Source of the DNA: Patescibacteria group bacterium
GTDB lineage: Bacteria; Patescibacteriota; Minisyncoccia; Phycocordibacterales; Phycocordibacteraceae
Assembly: GCA_040388985.1 (NCBI GenBank)
Contig: JAZKAU010000003.1
Span: 110,896 to 174,895 of the forward strand
DNA length: 64,000 nucleotides
Direction of reading: 5' to 3'
The notes under the pieces: model-generated
What the model saw: only the letters and a program-made list of their open reading frames with translations
What the model was told of the DNA's origin: nothing
Database searches by the model: none
Program-made: the position numbers and the translations under genes
Shown here: one piece after another, positions 1-8,061 of the stretch
How the letters are laid out: every line of letters starts with the position of its first letter
Position numbering within the stretch: position 1 is the stretch's first letter

Positions 1-774
1 CGCTGAACGCACCACGGCCTCGAGAAATGCGCCGGCAGGCGCATACAAGCCGAGCGCGAAGAGCGTCGCCAACAGCCAGGCATGCGCGAGCGCGGCGCTC
101 GCGGCGCTTCTCAGAAAACGAGATGGTTTCCATACGAGCGCGAGAAACGCGCAGAGAACGAGGAACGAAGCGTCGCTGAGCAGGCCGCCATCGATAGATT
201 TATCAAGCACGATGAATGATACGAATCCGTATAGCAGCAGGCGGATCAGTTGTCTGCGCCTGCCCACTACCCCTTCAGTCTGCGCTGGCACTACGAGGAG
301 TGACGAAAGGAACGCTAGCGCGAATAGCACTACGCAGAGCCAGCGTAGTGCTCCCGGCACGTACGGGACCAGGGCGCTCCCCGTATCCGCGCGACCGATA
401 AGCACGGATGTCCAGGCAGTCCCGGCAGTCGCGATAACGACCTTGCCGATATGGGTATGGGTGACACGCGTTCCGCTGAGCTCGTCGCCTGAGAAAAATA
501 CCGCCACCTCCGTCTTCGGAATCCCATATAGATCGAACACATGCCACTGCCAGAATCCGATGATCATGAAGAGGCTGATGAGGGAAAGAGAGGCGATCGA
601 CGCTATCCAGCGGTAGATACGACTCGCGGAACTGACACGAAAGGTCGTACGCAGAAAAAGACCCGTTCCGAGCACTGCTGCCAGATATGCGGCTAGTAAG
701 AAAAAGCGTATCGGATACGTGCCATCCGATCCTATGGCCATCACACTGTTCAATGCGGCGAGAAGCAACGACAT
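1..774 (-). CDS. Integral membrane protein, hypothetical (3' end runs off the window)
   Basis: Not in the ORF track. Read manually from ATG 774, just after the stop of the upstream gene at 778-780: MSLLLAALNSVMAIGSDGTYPIRFFLLAAYLAAVLGTGLFLRTT...RWIASIASLSLISLFMIIGFWQWH..., with several hydrophobic segments. ORF 212..616(+) looks like its antisense shadow. Confidence 0.7.
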   Translation of the reverse strand, partial: MSLLLAALNSVMAIGSDGTYPIRFFLLAAYLAAVLGTGLFLRTTFRVSSASRIYRWIASIASLSLISLFMIIGFWQWHVFDLYGIPKTEVAVFFSGDELSGTRVTHTHIGKVVIATAGTAWTSVLIGRADTGSALVPYVPGALRWLCVVLFALAFLSSLLVVPAQTEGVVGRRRQLIRLLLYGFVSFIVLDKSIDGGLLSDASFLVLCAFLALVWKPSRFLRSAASAALAHAWLLATLFALGLYAPAGAFLEAVVRSA

Positions 775-777
775 GGA

Positions 778-1272
778 TCAGAGCGGCCGCGGCCGCACAT
801 GCAGAGAGAATGCGATGGTGGTAACGACTGGCGTGAGGATAAGCGTAAGCAGCCAGGCTATGAAAAAGGATGCTAAGGATAGTGATCCCATAGCTATCAG
901 GAAGATGCCTGCAATCAGTACGTAGTTGCCGTGATCGACGAATGGCAGGAACGCGCCACGCGGCAAGCCGCATCGCCGCTTTATGAAACTTCCGGCCGCG
1001 TGTCCGGCATAGACAAGAAGAGCGAGCACCAGAGCGTGCGGAATTGGCAGCACTGCTTGTCCAATACTGCCGATCAACACGCAAAGCACTAGACCGCACC
1101 ACGTGGTCGAGTCTCCGAACAACCGGTGTCCGTCAGGAAGCGTCCACCCTCCATCAAGCGGCCTATCCCTATGCCGTACGCGCGGATAGGTAGCGCCGAG
1201 ATATCCGAGGCCATTGAGACTCAGGTTCACGAACCAGCACCAAGGAAGGAACCAGAGGAGCTCGGTCATCAT
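778..1272 (-). CDS. CDP-archaeol synthase-like (CarS/DUF46) membrane protein
   Basis: Motifs RPLDGG..LPDGHRLFGDSTTWCG and GSFIKRRCGLPRG..LPFVD match the CarS-like family. Start placed at ATG 1272 (alternative 1278) because TATACT lies 7 nt upstream. Confidence 0.75.
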   Translation of the reverse strand: MMTELLWFLPWCWFVNLSLNGLGYLGATYPRVRHRDRPLDGGWTLPDGHRLFGDSTTWCGLVLCVLIGSIGQAVLPIPHALVLALLVYAGHAAGSFIKRRCGLPRGAFLPFVDHGNYVLIAGIFLIAMGSLSLASFFIAWLLTLILTPVVTTIAFSLHVRPRPL

Positions 1273-1297
1273 ATGCATGAGTATACTCCGAACCTCT

Positions 1298-1732
1298 CTA
1301 TCCGGCCTTTTTCGTCCGGAACACCATCCGGGACATACACATGTTGAAGACGTACAAGATACTAATGGTCGCGATAACCCCGAGCGGCGGCGGGAGATGC
1401 ACCCATTCGACAAGGAATACAAGCAATGGAAGACCGAGCAGGTATCCGCCTGCTTCCAGGAGCGAGAAGCCGATGACATGCCGAGCGATGGCGTATCTGG
1501 TCCGGTGTCCGAATACCCAGATGCGCAGCGCGAAGAATTTGAATATGAAACGCGCGAGGAACCCGATGAGTGACGCGAGCACGTACCAGACGCCGAAGAA
1601 ATGATAGAGGACCCAGAATACGCCGAAGTTAAGGGTCACATTCCCCATACCGACAAGGACGTATCGGGCCAGGAATACAGAGTCAGTCGAGGTGACGCGC
1701 CATGCGTGCGTGAGTCTTGGCATGATATTCAT
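1298..1732 (-). CDS. GtrA family membrane protein
   Basis: 144 aa with 4 hydrophobic segments; ARYVLVG..N..LNFGVF.VL....GVWY.LASLIGF and WVF motifs. Confidence 0.8.
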   Translation of the reverse strand: MNIMPRLTHAWRVTSTDSVFLARYVLVGMGNVTLNFGVFWVLYHFFGVWYVLASLIGFLARFIFKFFALRIWVFGHRTRYAIARHVIGFSLLEAGGYLLGLPLLVFLVEWVHLPPPLGVIATISILYVFNMCMSRMVFRTKKAG

Positions 1733-1761
1733 CCCTGTATTCTACCCGAACGCCGTTGTCG

Positions 1762-3144
1762 CTAACTGCCTGAGAGCGTATCGATATCTGACTGGAACTG
1801 GGCGGCGAAGCCCATGACGCCGTCGCCATAGAAGGAATATGCAGGATTGCTAGCGCCTCCCCAACCGGCGAAATAGCGGAGCGCCGCCAGGCGCTCCGCC
1901 TCCGGGGTCTTCGCGGTAGCGCCATTGTCCGCCATGAGGATAGCGGTGGCCGTAAAGGCGTCGAGATTATTCCACGGATTGGCGATAGTCCCGGGATGCC
2001 CTGCAGCTGACGCGACACGGCTCGCATACAGGACCCAGGTCGAAGGGATGAACTGTGCCGGTCCCATAGCGCCGCCATAGCCGCCTGCCTGCGGACAAGA
2101 GATGACCTGGCTGAAGGGATCGATGCCGAGCGATGCCGTTATCTGCATGAACGGATCCACATCGCGCGTAGGCTTCATGACGCCCGAGAACGGCGTACCC
2201 GTGTTCTTCCCTTTTCCGTCGCCGATGTTAGGCGAATTCGTAAGGAGGCACTGACCGACATTCTGTCCGAGGTTCGTCTCTTGTTTCAGGATGCCGAGGA
2301 TAAGCGCGGGGCGTACGCCAGTCGATGCTCCCGCAGCTTTGGCAAGCGATATGGCGGCCGGCAGTGATATCTGTCCGCTACCTCCGGCAAGAGCGAAGAG
2401 TTCCGCGCGGATCTGCGCGGCCGTCTTCTGCTGCGTATCGAAGATACTCTGATAGGTCGCGGCCGTGTTCTTATTAGCCGCCAAGAGCTTCTTCTTCTGA
2501 TTCTGTTGATCCACTATCTGCGCTTCTTCGCTCGCCTGTTCCTGGCGGAGCCGTTCTTGCTCGGATTTCTGATCAACGAGCGCATCCTTCTCAGTCTCGG
2601 TAGCCGAGCGGGTGTGGTTCAGCTGGTCGGATGACTTCGCTATCTCCTGCTTGAGCGCGACGAAGGAGTCGAGATCGCCGAAGAACGAGGAGACGTCCTG
2701 GGCTGAGAGCGCGACTTCGACGAGCGAGTAGTCATCTATCTCGGATGTCTGACGCAGGATCTGCGCGAGCGACTCCCGTTCGCTCTCGAGCTCGCCCGAA
2801 AGCTGGCCGATGGTGCTGGCATGTATCGTGATGTTCTGCGCGAGCGCCTCGATCTGCACCTGTGTCGCCCGTATCTGAAGCTGGGAGCGCTTGATACCTG
2901 CGTCAAGGATGCTGATATCGCGCTGGATGGACTGCCCTTCGGCGTGGAGGCCGGTAAGCGTGCCCTGGGTCTGTGCTATCTGCTTCTCCAGATCATCGAG
3001 CTGGGCCTGGAGCGCCGCGCGGCGCGCGGCTATGTCGCCGTCGGTCTGGGCGAAGGTGGGGTGTATAAGGACTGCGTAGGCAGCGAGCATGACAGCCAAG
3101 ATGCTTAGGACTGCCAGGGAACGACGTAAGAAGGTACGGGACAT
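1762..3144 (-). CDS. Secreted coiled-coil protein with C-terminal lytic transglycosylase (SLT-2/MltB-like) domain
   Basis: Signal peptide ending TFA-Q, long PcsB-like coiled coil, ILKQET catalytic Glu and GAMGPAQFIPSTW motif. Start moved to MSRTFLRR at 3144. Confidence 0.85.
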   Translation of the reverse strand: MSRTFLRRSLAVLSILAVMLAAYAVLIHPTFAQTDGDIAARRAALQAQLDDLEKQIAQTQGTLTGLHAEGQSIQRDISILDAGIKRSQLQIRATQVQIEALAQNITIHASTIGQLSGELESERESLAQILRQTSEIDDYSLVEVALSAQDVSSFFGDLDSFVALKQEIAKSSDQLNHTRSATETEKDALVDQKSEQERLRQEQASEEAQIVDQQNQKKKLLAANKNTAATYQSIFDTQQKTAAQIRAELFALAGGSGQISLPAAISLAKAAGASTGVRPALILGILKQETNLGQNVGQCLLTNSPNIGDGKGKNTGTPFSGVMKPTRDVDPFMQITASLGIDPFSQVISCPQAGGYGGAMGPAQFIPSTWVLYASRVASAAGHPGTIANPWNNLDAFTATAILMADNGATAKTPEAERLAALRYFAGWGGASNPAYSFYGDGVMGFAAQFQSDIDTLSGS

Positions 3145-3210
3145 GGTAGAGAAGCAGTATAACATTTGAGACGTTAGGTTTCGTGAAGACTTACGAATAT
3201 GACCGAACAA

Positions 3211-3253
3211 AGGCAAAACAGCAGCGCGCCGAAGGCGCGCTGCTGTTTTGCCT
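3211..3253. terminator. Intrinsic terminator hairpin downstream of rplY
   Basis: aggcaaaacagcagcgcgcc-gaa-ggcgcgctgctgttttgcct: 20-bp perfect stem with A/T tracts on both sides. Confidence 0.7.
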
Positions 3254-3270
3254 ACACTGATCCTTCGAAA

Positions 3271-3927
3271 TTATTCTGCCGCAGCAGGAGCCTCCTCTTC
3301 AGCTTCTCCCTCTCCCTTACCCTTCTGCTCCACTTCGATAGCGTCCATATCAGGAGCCGCAGTATCGGTCTCTTCCTCCTGTGAGGCTTCCTGTACGAGT
3401 ACGACGACTTCTTCGACGTCGGTGGGCGTCTCGACTCCCTTCGGAAGCTTGATGTCCTTCACGTGGATCTGCGCGCCGATCTCAGCGAGTACGGAAATGT
3501 CGACTTCGAGCTCGTGCGGGAGACTGCTCGCATCAGCGACGACGTCCAGCTCATGCATTACCTTGACGAGGTTCGCGCCGGCCTTCACTGCTGCTGACTC
3601 GCCGACGAAGACGAGCGGCACGGAGACTTCGACTTTCGCGCCCTTCTCGATGGCATAGAAATCAGCGTGGCGCGGGAGCGTCGTCACCGGGTCGCGATCG
3701 ACGTCGTGGATGAGCACCTGTAGAGATGAACCGAGTCCCGTAAGCTCGATGATGGAAGACTCACCGGCATCGCGAAGAACTTTCTTGAATTCCGGGAGTA
3801 CGAGCGTGATGGCCATGCTCTCCTGCTTAGGCCCGTAGACCACTGCTGGCATGCGGTCGTCTTTAAGAAGCCGGCGCGCGGCGCTGCCCGTTTCCGAGCG
3901 CTTGGTAGCGTTTAACGTAATGGTCAT
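3271..3927 (-). CDS. rplY: 50S ribosomal protein L25/CTC
   Basis: RMPAVVYG, VLIHDVDRDPVT..PRHADFY, TL5-C domain and acidic tail. Confidence 0.95.
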   Translation of the reverse strand: MTITLNATKRSETGSAARRLLKDDRMPAVVYGPKQESMAITLVLPEFKKVLRDAGESSIIELTGLGSSLQVLIHDVDRDPVTTLPRHADFYAIEKGAKVEVSVPLVFVGESAAVKAGANLVKVMHELDVVADASSLPHELEVDISVLAEIGAQIHVKDIKLPKGVETPTDVEEVVVLVQEASQEEETDTAAPDMDAIEVEQKGKGEGEAEEEAPAAAE

Positions 3928-3985
3928 AGTGAAAAGACTGTATCAGATTGCAGACGTACGAGCAAATAGGCTGGCTTTGAGAGCC

Positions 3986-4996
3986 TTAACACGCAGAGTC
4001 TTTGAGAGTAAAACAGGCGTCCTCCTTGAGCCGCGCCAGGAAGGCCTCACGCGCGGCAGGCACGTTCTCGTCCTTCCCTTTCCATATAGTGAGCGCCTCA
4101 TCCTGGAGCGCGCGGGCGTACGAGAACGTGAGAGGCCATGGCACGTTCTTTTCTTTAGCCTTCGCTTCAATAGCTCGTAGGTTCGCGGTAGCCTGTTCGG
4201 TCGACTGTCCGCCGGACAAGAAGACGATGCCGGCCATACCTTTAGGTACGGTCTCAAGAAGTACGGCGATCGTATCTTCTGCCACTTCTTCGGGAGTATC
4301 GATGCGGCCGCTCTCGCTTCCGGAAAGTACCATCGAGGTCTTGAGGATTACGCCGGAGAGGTCTACGTGCTGGTCTTGAAGCGTATTCATGAGCGTGCCG
4401 AGCGTCTGCGCCGTCACTTCGCGCGCACGAAGTCTGCTGTGAGTCCCTTCGTGGAGCACTTCAGGCTCGACGAGAGGAACCATGCCGGCTCTCTGGGCTT
4501 CTAGAGCATATGAGGCGAGACGCTTTGCGTTCTCGTGGATGGCGGTAGCGGTCGGCAACCGCGTGCCGTCTATCTTTATAGCGGCGCGCCACTTCGTGAA
4601 GCCGGTATCGTACTTCGCCTTGAAATCCGCGAGACGCTCAGCGAGCCCGAGGAGACCTTTGGTGATAGTCTCGTCGCCGCCTTCCGGAAACGGCTCGAGA
4701 CCCTGGTCTACCTTTATGCCCGGAATGATTCCCTTCTTATGCAGGAACTCTGCGAACGGCGTACCATCGTCAGCTTTCTGGGTAAGGGTCTCTTCGTAGA
4801 GGATGACGCCCGAGAGATACAGCTCTGCACCGGGAGCGGCGAGGAAGAGGTCTCTAAATTTACGCCGCATCTCCGCGCTGCTCTTTATGCCGTACTGCGT
4901 AAGACGCTTGTCGGCAGTGGTCGTGCTCTCATCGGCCGCAAGGATGCCCTTGCCGGAGCGGAGGAGCTGATGGGAGGTATAGGCGAGGTCGATCAT
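3986..4996 (-). CDS. Class I fructose-bisphosphate aldolase (glycolytic family)
   Basis: GKGILAADES, GIIPGIKVDQG, KWRA, PLVEPEV, ILKTSMV (Schiff-base Lys), FLSGGQS and TFSYARALQ. Start likely MIDLAY at 4996, with TG-TATACT 7 nt upstream. Confidence 0.92.
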   Translation of the reverse strand: MIDLAYTSHQLLRSGKGILAADESTTTADKRLTQYGIKSSAEMRRKFRDLFLAAPGAELYLSGVILYEETLTQKADDGTPFAEFLHKKGIIPGIKVDQGLEPFPEGGDETITKGLLGLAERLADFKAKYDTGFTKWRAAIKIDGTRLPTATAIHENAKRLASYALEAQRAGMVPLVEPEVLHEGTHSRLRAREVTAQTLGTLMNTLQDQHVDLSGVILKTSMVLSGSESGRIDTPEEVAEDTIAVLLETVPKGMAGIVFLSGGQSTEQATANLRAIEAKAKEKNVPWPLTFSYARALQDEALTIWKGKDENVPAAREAFLARLKEDACFTLKDSAC

Positions 4997-5071
4997 TGCT
5001 TGCAGTATAGCAAGAGTTTGCACGCATGCCGGGCAATTGTGCTGTGGGTCGGGTGATATAGTGGGAGTCAT

Positions 5072-6067
5072 ATGCGACCTCTAGATTTCCTCGCCATCGG
5101 CGACATCGTTACCGAGCCCTTTATCCGCCTTACTGATGCGACGGTGGCACAGGCTGCGGACGGCACCCAGATGCTCTCCATGCGTTTCGGCGACAAGATA
5201 CCGTACGAATCGAGCACGGATATGCCGGCGGTCGGGAATGCATCGAATGCCGCCGTCGCAGTAGCGCGCCTCGGTCTCTCTTCGGCGCTTCGCGCGTATG
5301 TGGGCGACGACGTGCAAGGCACGCAGTGCCTTGCACGTCTGGTCGAAGAAAAAGTCGACACCGAGTACATGGTCACGGAGCCGGGCTCGAAGACCAATCA
5401 CCACTACGTGCTCTGGTACGGCAATGACCGGACCATCCTCGTGAAGCATGAAGCTTTTAACTACGACGTACCGACCATCGCGAATCCTCCGAAATGGGTC
5501 TATCTCTCTTCGCTTGCGGCCAACACTCTCGCCTATCACCACGCCATCGCCGAGATGCTCTCGTACCATCCGGATACGAAGCTCGCCTTCCAGCCCGGCA
5601 CTTTCCAGATGTCGCTCGGCGTCGAAGCGCTGAGGCCCATATATGAGCGCACGGATTTCTTCGTCGTGAATGTCGAGGAGGCCGAACGCATCTTGGGACT
5701 TCCTGAAGGACAGGACATCTCTCTGCTGCTCGAAAGCGTACACGCGCTCGGGCCAAAGGTCGTCGCCATCACTGATGGCACGAAGGGCGCGTACGCGTAT
5801 GACGGTACGCGCAAGATGCGCGTACCTATGTATCCGGACATACGAGGGCCCTATGAGCGTACCGGGGCCGGCGACGCATTTGCCTCCACGACCGTCGCCG
5901 CGCTCGCGCTCGGGAAACCGCTCGAAGAAGCGCTTCTATGGGGCCCGATAAATTCCATGTCGGTCGTTCAGGACGTCGGTGCGCAGCGCGGGCTCCTTAC
6001 CCTCGATACCCTCCTCGACTATCTCGTTAAGGCGCCTCCCGAATACGCGGTGACCGACCTGTCATGA
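5072..6067 (+). CDS. PfkB family carbohydrate kinase
   Basis: GNASNAAVAVARLG, NVEEA, ITDGTKGAY and ERTGAGDAF PfkB signatures. Confidence 0.9.
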   Translation: MRPLDFLAIGDIVTEPFIRLTDATVAQAADGTQMLSMRFGDKIPYESSTDMPAVGNASNAAVAVARLGLSSALRAYVGDDVQGTQCLARLVEEKVDTEYMVTEPGSKTNHHYVLWYGNDRTILVKHEAFNYDVPTIANPPKWVYLSSLAANTLAYHHAIAEMLSYHPDTKLAFQPGTFQMSLGVEALRPIYERTDFFVVNVEEAERILGLPEGQDISLLLESVHALGPKVVAITDGTKGAYAYDGTRKMRVPMYPDIRGPYERTGAGDAFASTTVAALALGKPLEEALLWGPINSMSVVQDVGAQRGLLTLDTLLDYLVKAPPEYAVTDLS

Positions 6068-6094
6068 CTTGCGCTCAATCTTTGTAGCTTTCCT

Positions 6095-6130
6095 CGGAAC
6101 ATCGTACGTCCTAGGACGTACGATGTTCCG
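6095..6130. repeat. 36-bp perfect palindrome (REP-like)
   Basis: cggaacatcgtacgtcct|aggacgtacgatgttccg; a degenerate core copy gtacgtcctagggcgta lies at 51267-51283. Confidence 0.85.
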
Positions 6131-6188
6131 GGGAGGCCTTTCTATTAAAGTCGCACGGCTTGCATCCTGGGAATGCGATAAACGCGTG

Positions 6189-6398
6189 AGGCCCACTTCT
6201 TCCGTAAACGGGAGAAGTGGGCCTAGATGTAGTGACCTGCGAACCCGAAGGCTTGCAATTCCAAGACGAAGTCCGTAATTCTCTTACGTCGGACTTAGGC
6301 ACCAGTGCGGTTGGAAGACGCACTATAGGTAGCTCGAAGGATGGTCAATCCTGCGAACCTTGCCGCTTTTGCGCGACGGCCGTCTTGGGTATCTTTCC
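6189..6398 (-). ncRNA. Candidate structured non-coding RNA, family unknown
   Basis: Lies downstream of a TTGACA-N16-TATACT promoter. Closing helix 6381-6388/6261-6268 encloses four hairpins, followed by further hairpins including a long one at 6189-6224. No credible ORF. Confidence 0.5.
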
Positions 6399-6404
6399 AA
6401 ATAC

Positions 6405-6432
6405 AGTATACAGACTTGAACAAGTTTGTCAA
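6405..6432 (-). promoter_or_regulatory. Near-consensus sigma70 promoter
   Basis: Minus strand TTGACA (6432-6427), 16 nt spacer, TATACT (6410-6405). Confidence 0.7.
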
Positions 6433-6439
6433 GCATCCT

Positions 6440-6519
6440 TGAAATTGGGTGAAATTGGGGTCAGGCACCATTTCTTGTGAAATTGGTGTCATGAAATTGG
6501 TGTCAGGCACCATTTCTTG
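6440..6519. repeat. Tandem REP-like imperfect palindromes
   Basis: tgaaattgg(g/t)gtcaggcaccatttctt at 6450-6476 and 6492-6518, each preceded by a truncated tgaaattgg copy. Confidence 0.75.
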
Positions 6520-6540
6520 AGCCGCAAGAGATGGTAACCC

Positions 6541-7542
6541 TTATCTTATTCCCGCCATCTGACGAGCGACTTCAGCTATGTGGGCAGCAGAAAGGCCGTA
6601 GTGTTCGAGAAGCTCTTCGGGAGTGCCAGATTGGCCGAAGACGTCGAGGATGCCGAGGCGCGTGATAGGCACAGGATACTTTTCTGATAGGCACTCGGAG
6701 ACTGCCGAACCGAAGCCGCCAGCGGCTTGGTGCTCTTCTATAGTGATGACTTTGCCGGTGCGCTTGGCGGCTGCGACTACCGCTTCAACATCGAGCGGTT
6801 TGATAGTCGCGATATGGAGCACGATAGAACCGATGCCGTCGGCCTCAAGCGCGCGAGCAGCCCCGAGCGCGGTCGAGCTCATGCTGCCGGTAGACATAAG
6901 CGTCACCTTCGGCGCCCCTTTATCTCCTTGTGATTCCCAGAGCGTGAGCGCCTTCCCTATCTCAAACGGACTCTCGGGAGTCGAGATAAGCGGCACGGGA
7001 GCGCGACCGAACCGGATATACGTCGGGTCTTTGGTCGCTGCCGCAGCCACCGTCGCCTTTCGCGCTTCTTCCGCGTCCATAGGGTTCATGACGACCATGC
7101 GCGGAAGCATGCGCATGAGACCGATATCTTCTAACATCTGGTGGGTGGCGCCGTCAGGCCCCACCGACACGCCCGCGTGCATGCCAGCAATCTTCACCGG
7201 TACATTGTTAAGCGCGATGGTCGTGCGGATCTGCTCGTAGTTGCGGCCGGGACTGAAGGCGGCGTAGGAAGCTATGAACGGTATCTTGCCGGCAAGCGCG
7301 AAGCCTGCGGCGAGCGCCGCCATGTTCTGCTCGGCGATGCCGACTTCGATGAAGCGATCCGGGAATTCTTTTTCGAACCATTCTGCCCTCGTCGACTCCT
7401 TCAGGTCGGCGCAGAGTACGACGACATTCGGGTCTGTCTTCCCTGCCTCGATGGTACCGGTGCCGAAGCCATCACGCGTCGACTTCTGTTCGACGTCCTT
7501 GTCGAATACGTTCGGTACCAATTTCGCGTGAGGGGATATCAT
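6541..7542 (-). CDS. Transketolase, C-terminal (pyrimidine-binding) subunit
   Basis: DRFIEVGIAEQNM, GPDGATHQ, YIRFGR and EEHQ..GGFGSAV motifs. Confidence 0.93.
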   Translation of the reverse strand: MISPHAKLVPNVFDKDVEQKSTRDGFGTGTIEAGKTDPNVVVLCADLKESTRAEWFEKEFPDRFIEVGIAEQNMAALAAGFALAGKIPFIASYAAFSPGRNYEQIRTTIALNNVPVKIAGMHAGVSVGPDGATHQMLEDIGLMRMLPRMVVMNPMDAEEARKATVAAAATKDPTYIRFGRAPVPLISTPESPFEIGKALTLWESQGDKGAPKVTLMSTGSMSSTALGAARALEADGIGSIVLHIATIKPLDVEAVVAAAKRTGKVITIEEHQAAGGFGSAVSECLSEKYPVPITRLGILDVFGQSGTPEELLEHYGLSAAHIAEVARQMAGIR

Positions 7543-7931
7543 ATGCCGTCGTTCTTACGATATTCCTTCTTCACCTTCCAATACGCGTCCTCAGTGCCCG
7601 GCTCCTGGCCTTCCGGCCGATCGCTGAAGAGCTCTGCTGGGTATTTCTTCTTCGCATGCTCGAGCTTCTCTCGGATCAAGGCGGCGGTATCAAGCCCGAG
7701 CGACACGGATATATCAAGACAATAGATGAGTACGTCAGCCAACTCTTTCTTGATCGCGCTTACCTTCTCAGGATTCCCTTTCACTTCCTCCAGGCTCGGA
7801 TTATCCCACTGAAAGAGTTCGAGTAATTCTCCCGCTTCGATGGAAACGGATTTCGCGAGGTCGCCGGGACGGAGCTGGTGCCATTTCCGTTCAGTGAGAT
7901 ATTCACGTATCTCTTGTTCAAGGTCTTGCAT
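7539..7931 (-). CDS. MazG-like nucleotide pyrophosphohydrolase
   Basis: W.Q..P.DLAKSVSIEAGELLELFQW, ELADVLIY and K...KYP. Start MQDLEQ at 7931; the ORF-track N-terminal extension reads through a repeat element. Confidence 0.85.
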   Translation of the reverse strand: MQDLEQEIREYLTERKWHQLRPGDLAKSVSIEAGELLELFQWDNPSLEEVKGNPEKVSAIKKELADVLIYCLDISVSLGLDTAALIREKLEHAKKKYPAELFSDRPEGQEPGTEDAYWKVKKEYRKNDGI

Positions 7932-7932
7932 A

Positions 7933-8055
7933 GAGACTCCTGAAATTCCCCGATCTACTGCGTTGTCGCTATCACTCGAGCCTTCACCGTACGGCTCAGT
8001 ACGGCTCAGGCTCTCATTCTGCTCCGCCTTGTATATCGGGTTTTTCTGAAGTCTC
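7933..8055 (-). mobile_element. About 120-bp MITE-like element, copy 1
   Basis: Terminal inverted gagact/agtctc plus nested inverted segments; its reverse complement aligns colinearly with 49086-49204. Confidence 0.65.
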
Positions 8056-8061
8056 ATAGAT

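Noticed and set aside
275-1102. 275-aa minus-strand ORF
   Set aside because: It overlaps two better-supported genes in another frame (1-774 and 778-1272), and its composition looks non-coding.
6189-6398. Assignment of the candidate RNA to tRNA, tmRNA, SRP, RNase P, 6S or a known ribozyme
   Set aside because: Diagnostic motifs (T-loop/CCA end, SRP GGAA domain, GAGGAAAGUCC, hammerhead core) were not found by eye, so it is left unassigned.
6069-6513. Small ORFs 6069..6278, 6111..6323, 6217..6480 and 6295..6513
   Set aside because: They have no recognisable motifs and run through palindromes and a promoter; the region is better explained as structured non-coding DNA/RNA.
6440-6519. Mini CRISPR array
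   Set aside because: Only two full units, the intervening DNA is itself a partial repeat rather than a unique spacer, and there are no cas genes.
7932-8057. 42-aa N-terminal extension of the MazG-like protein
   Set aside because: It is read-through of the MITE-like element; family-like sequence begins at MQDLEQ.
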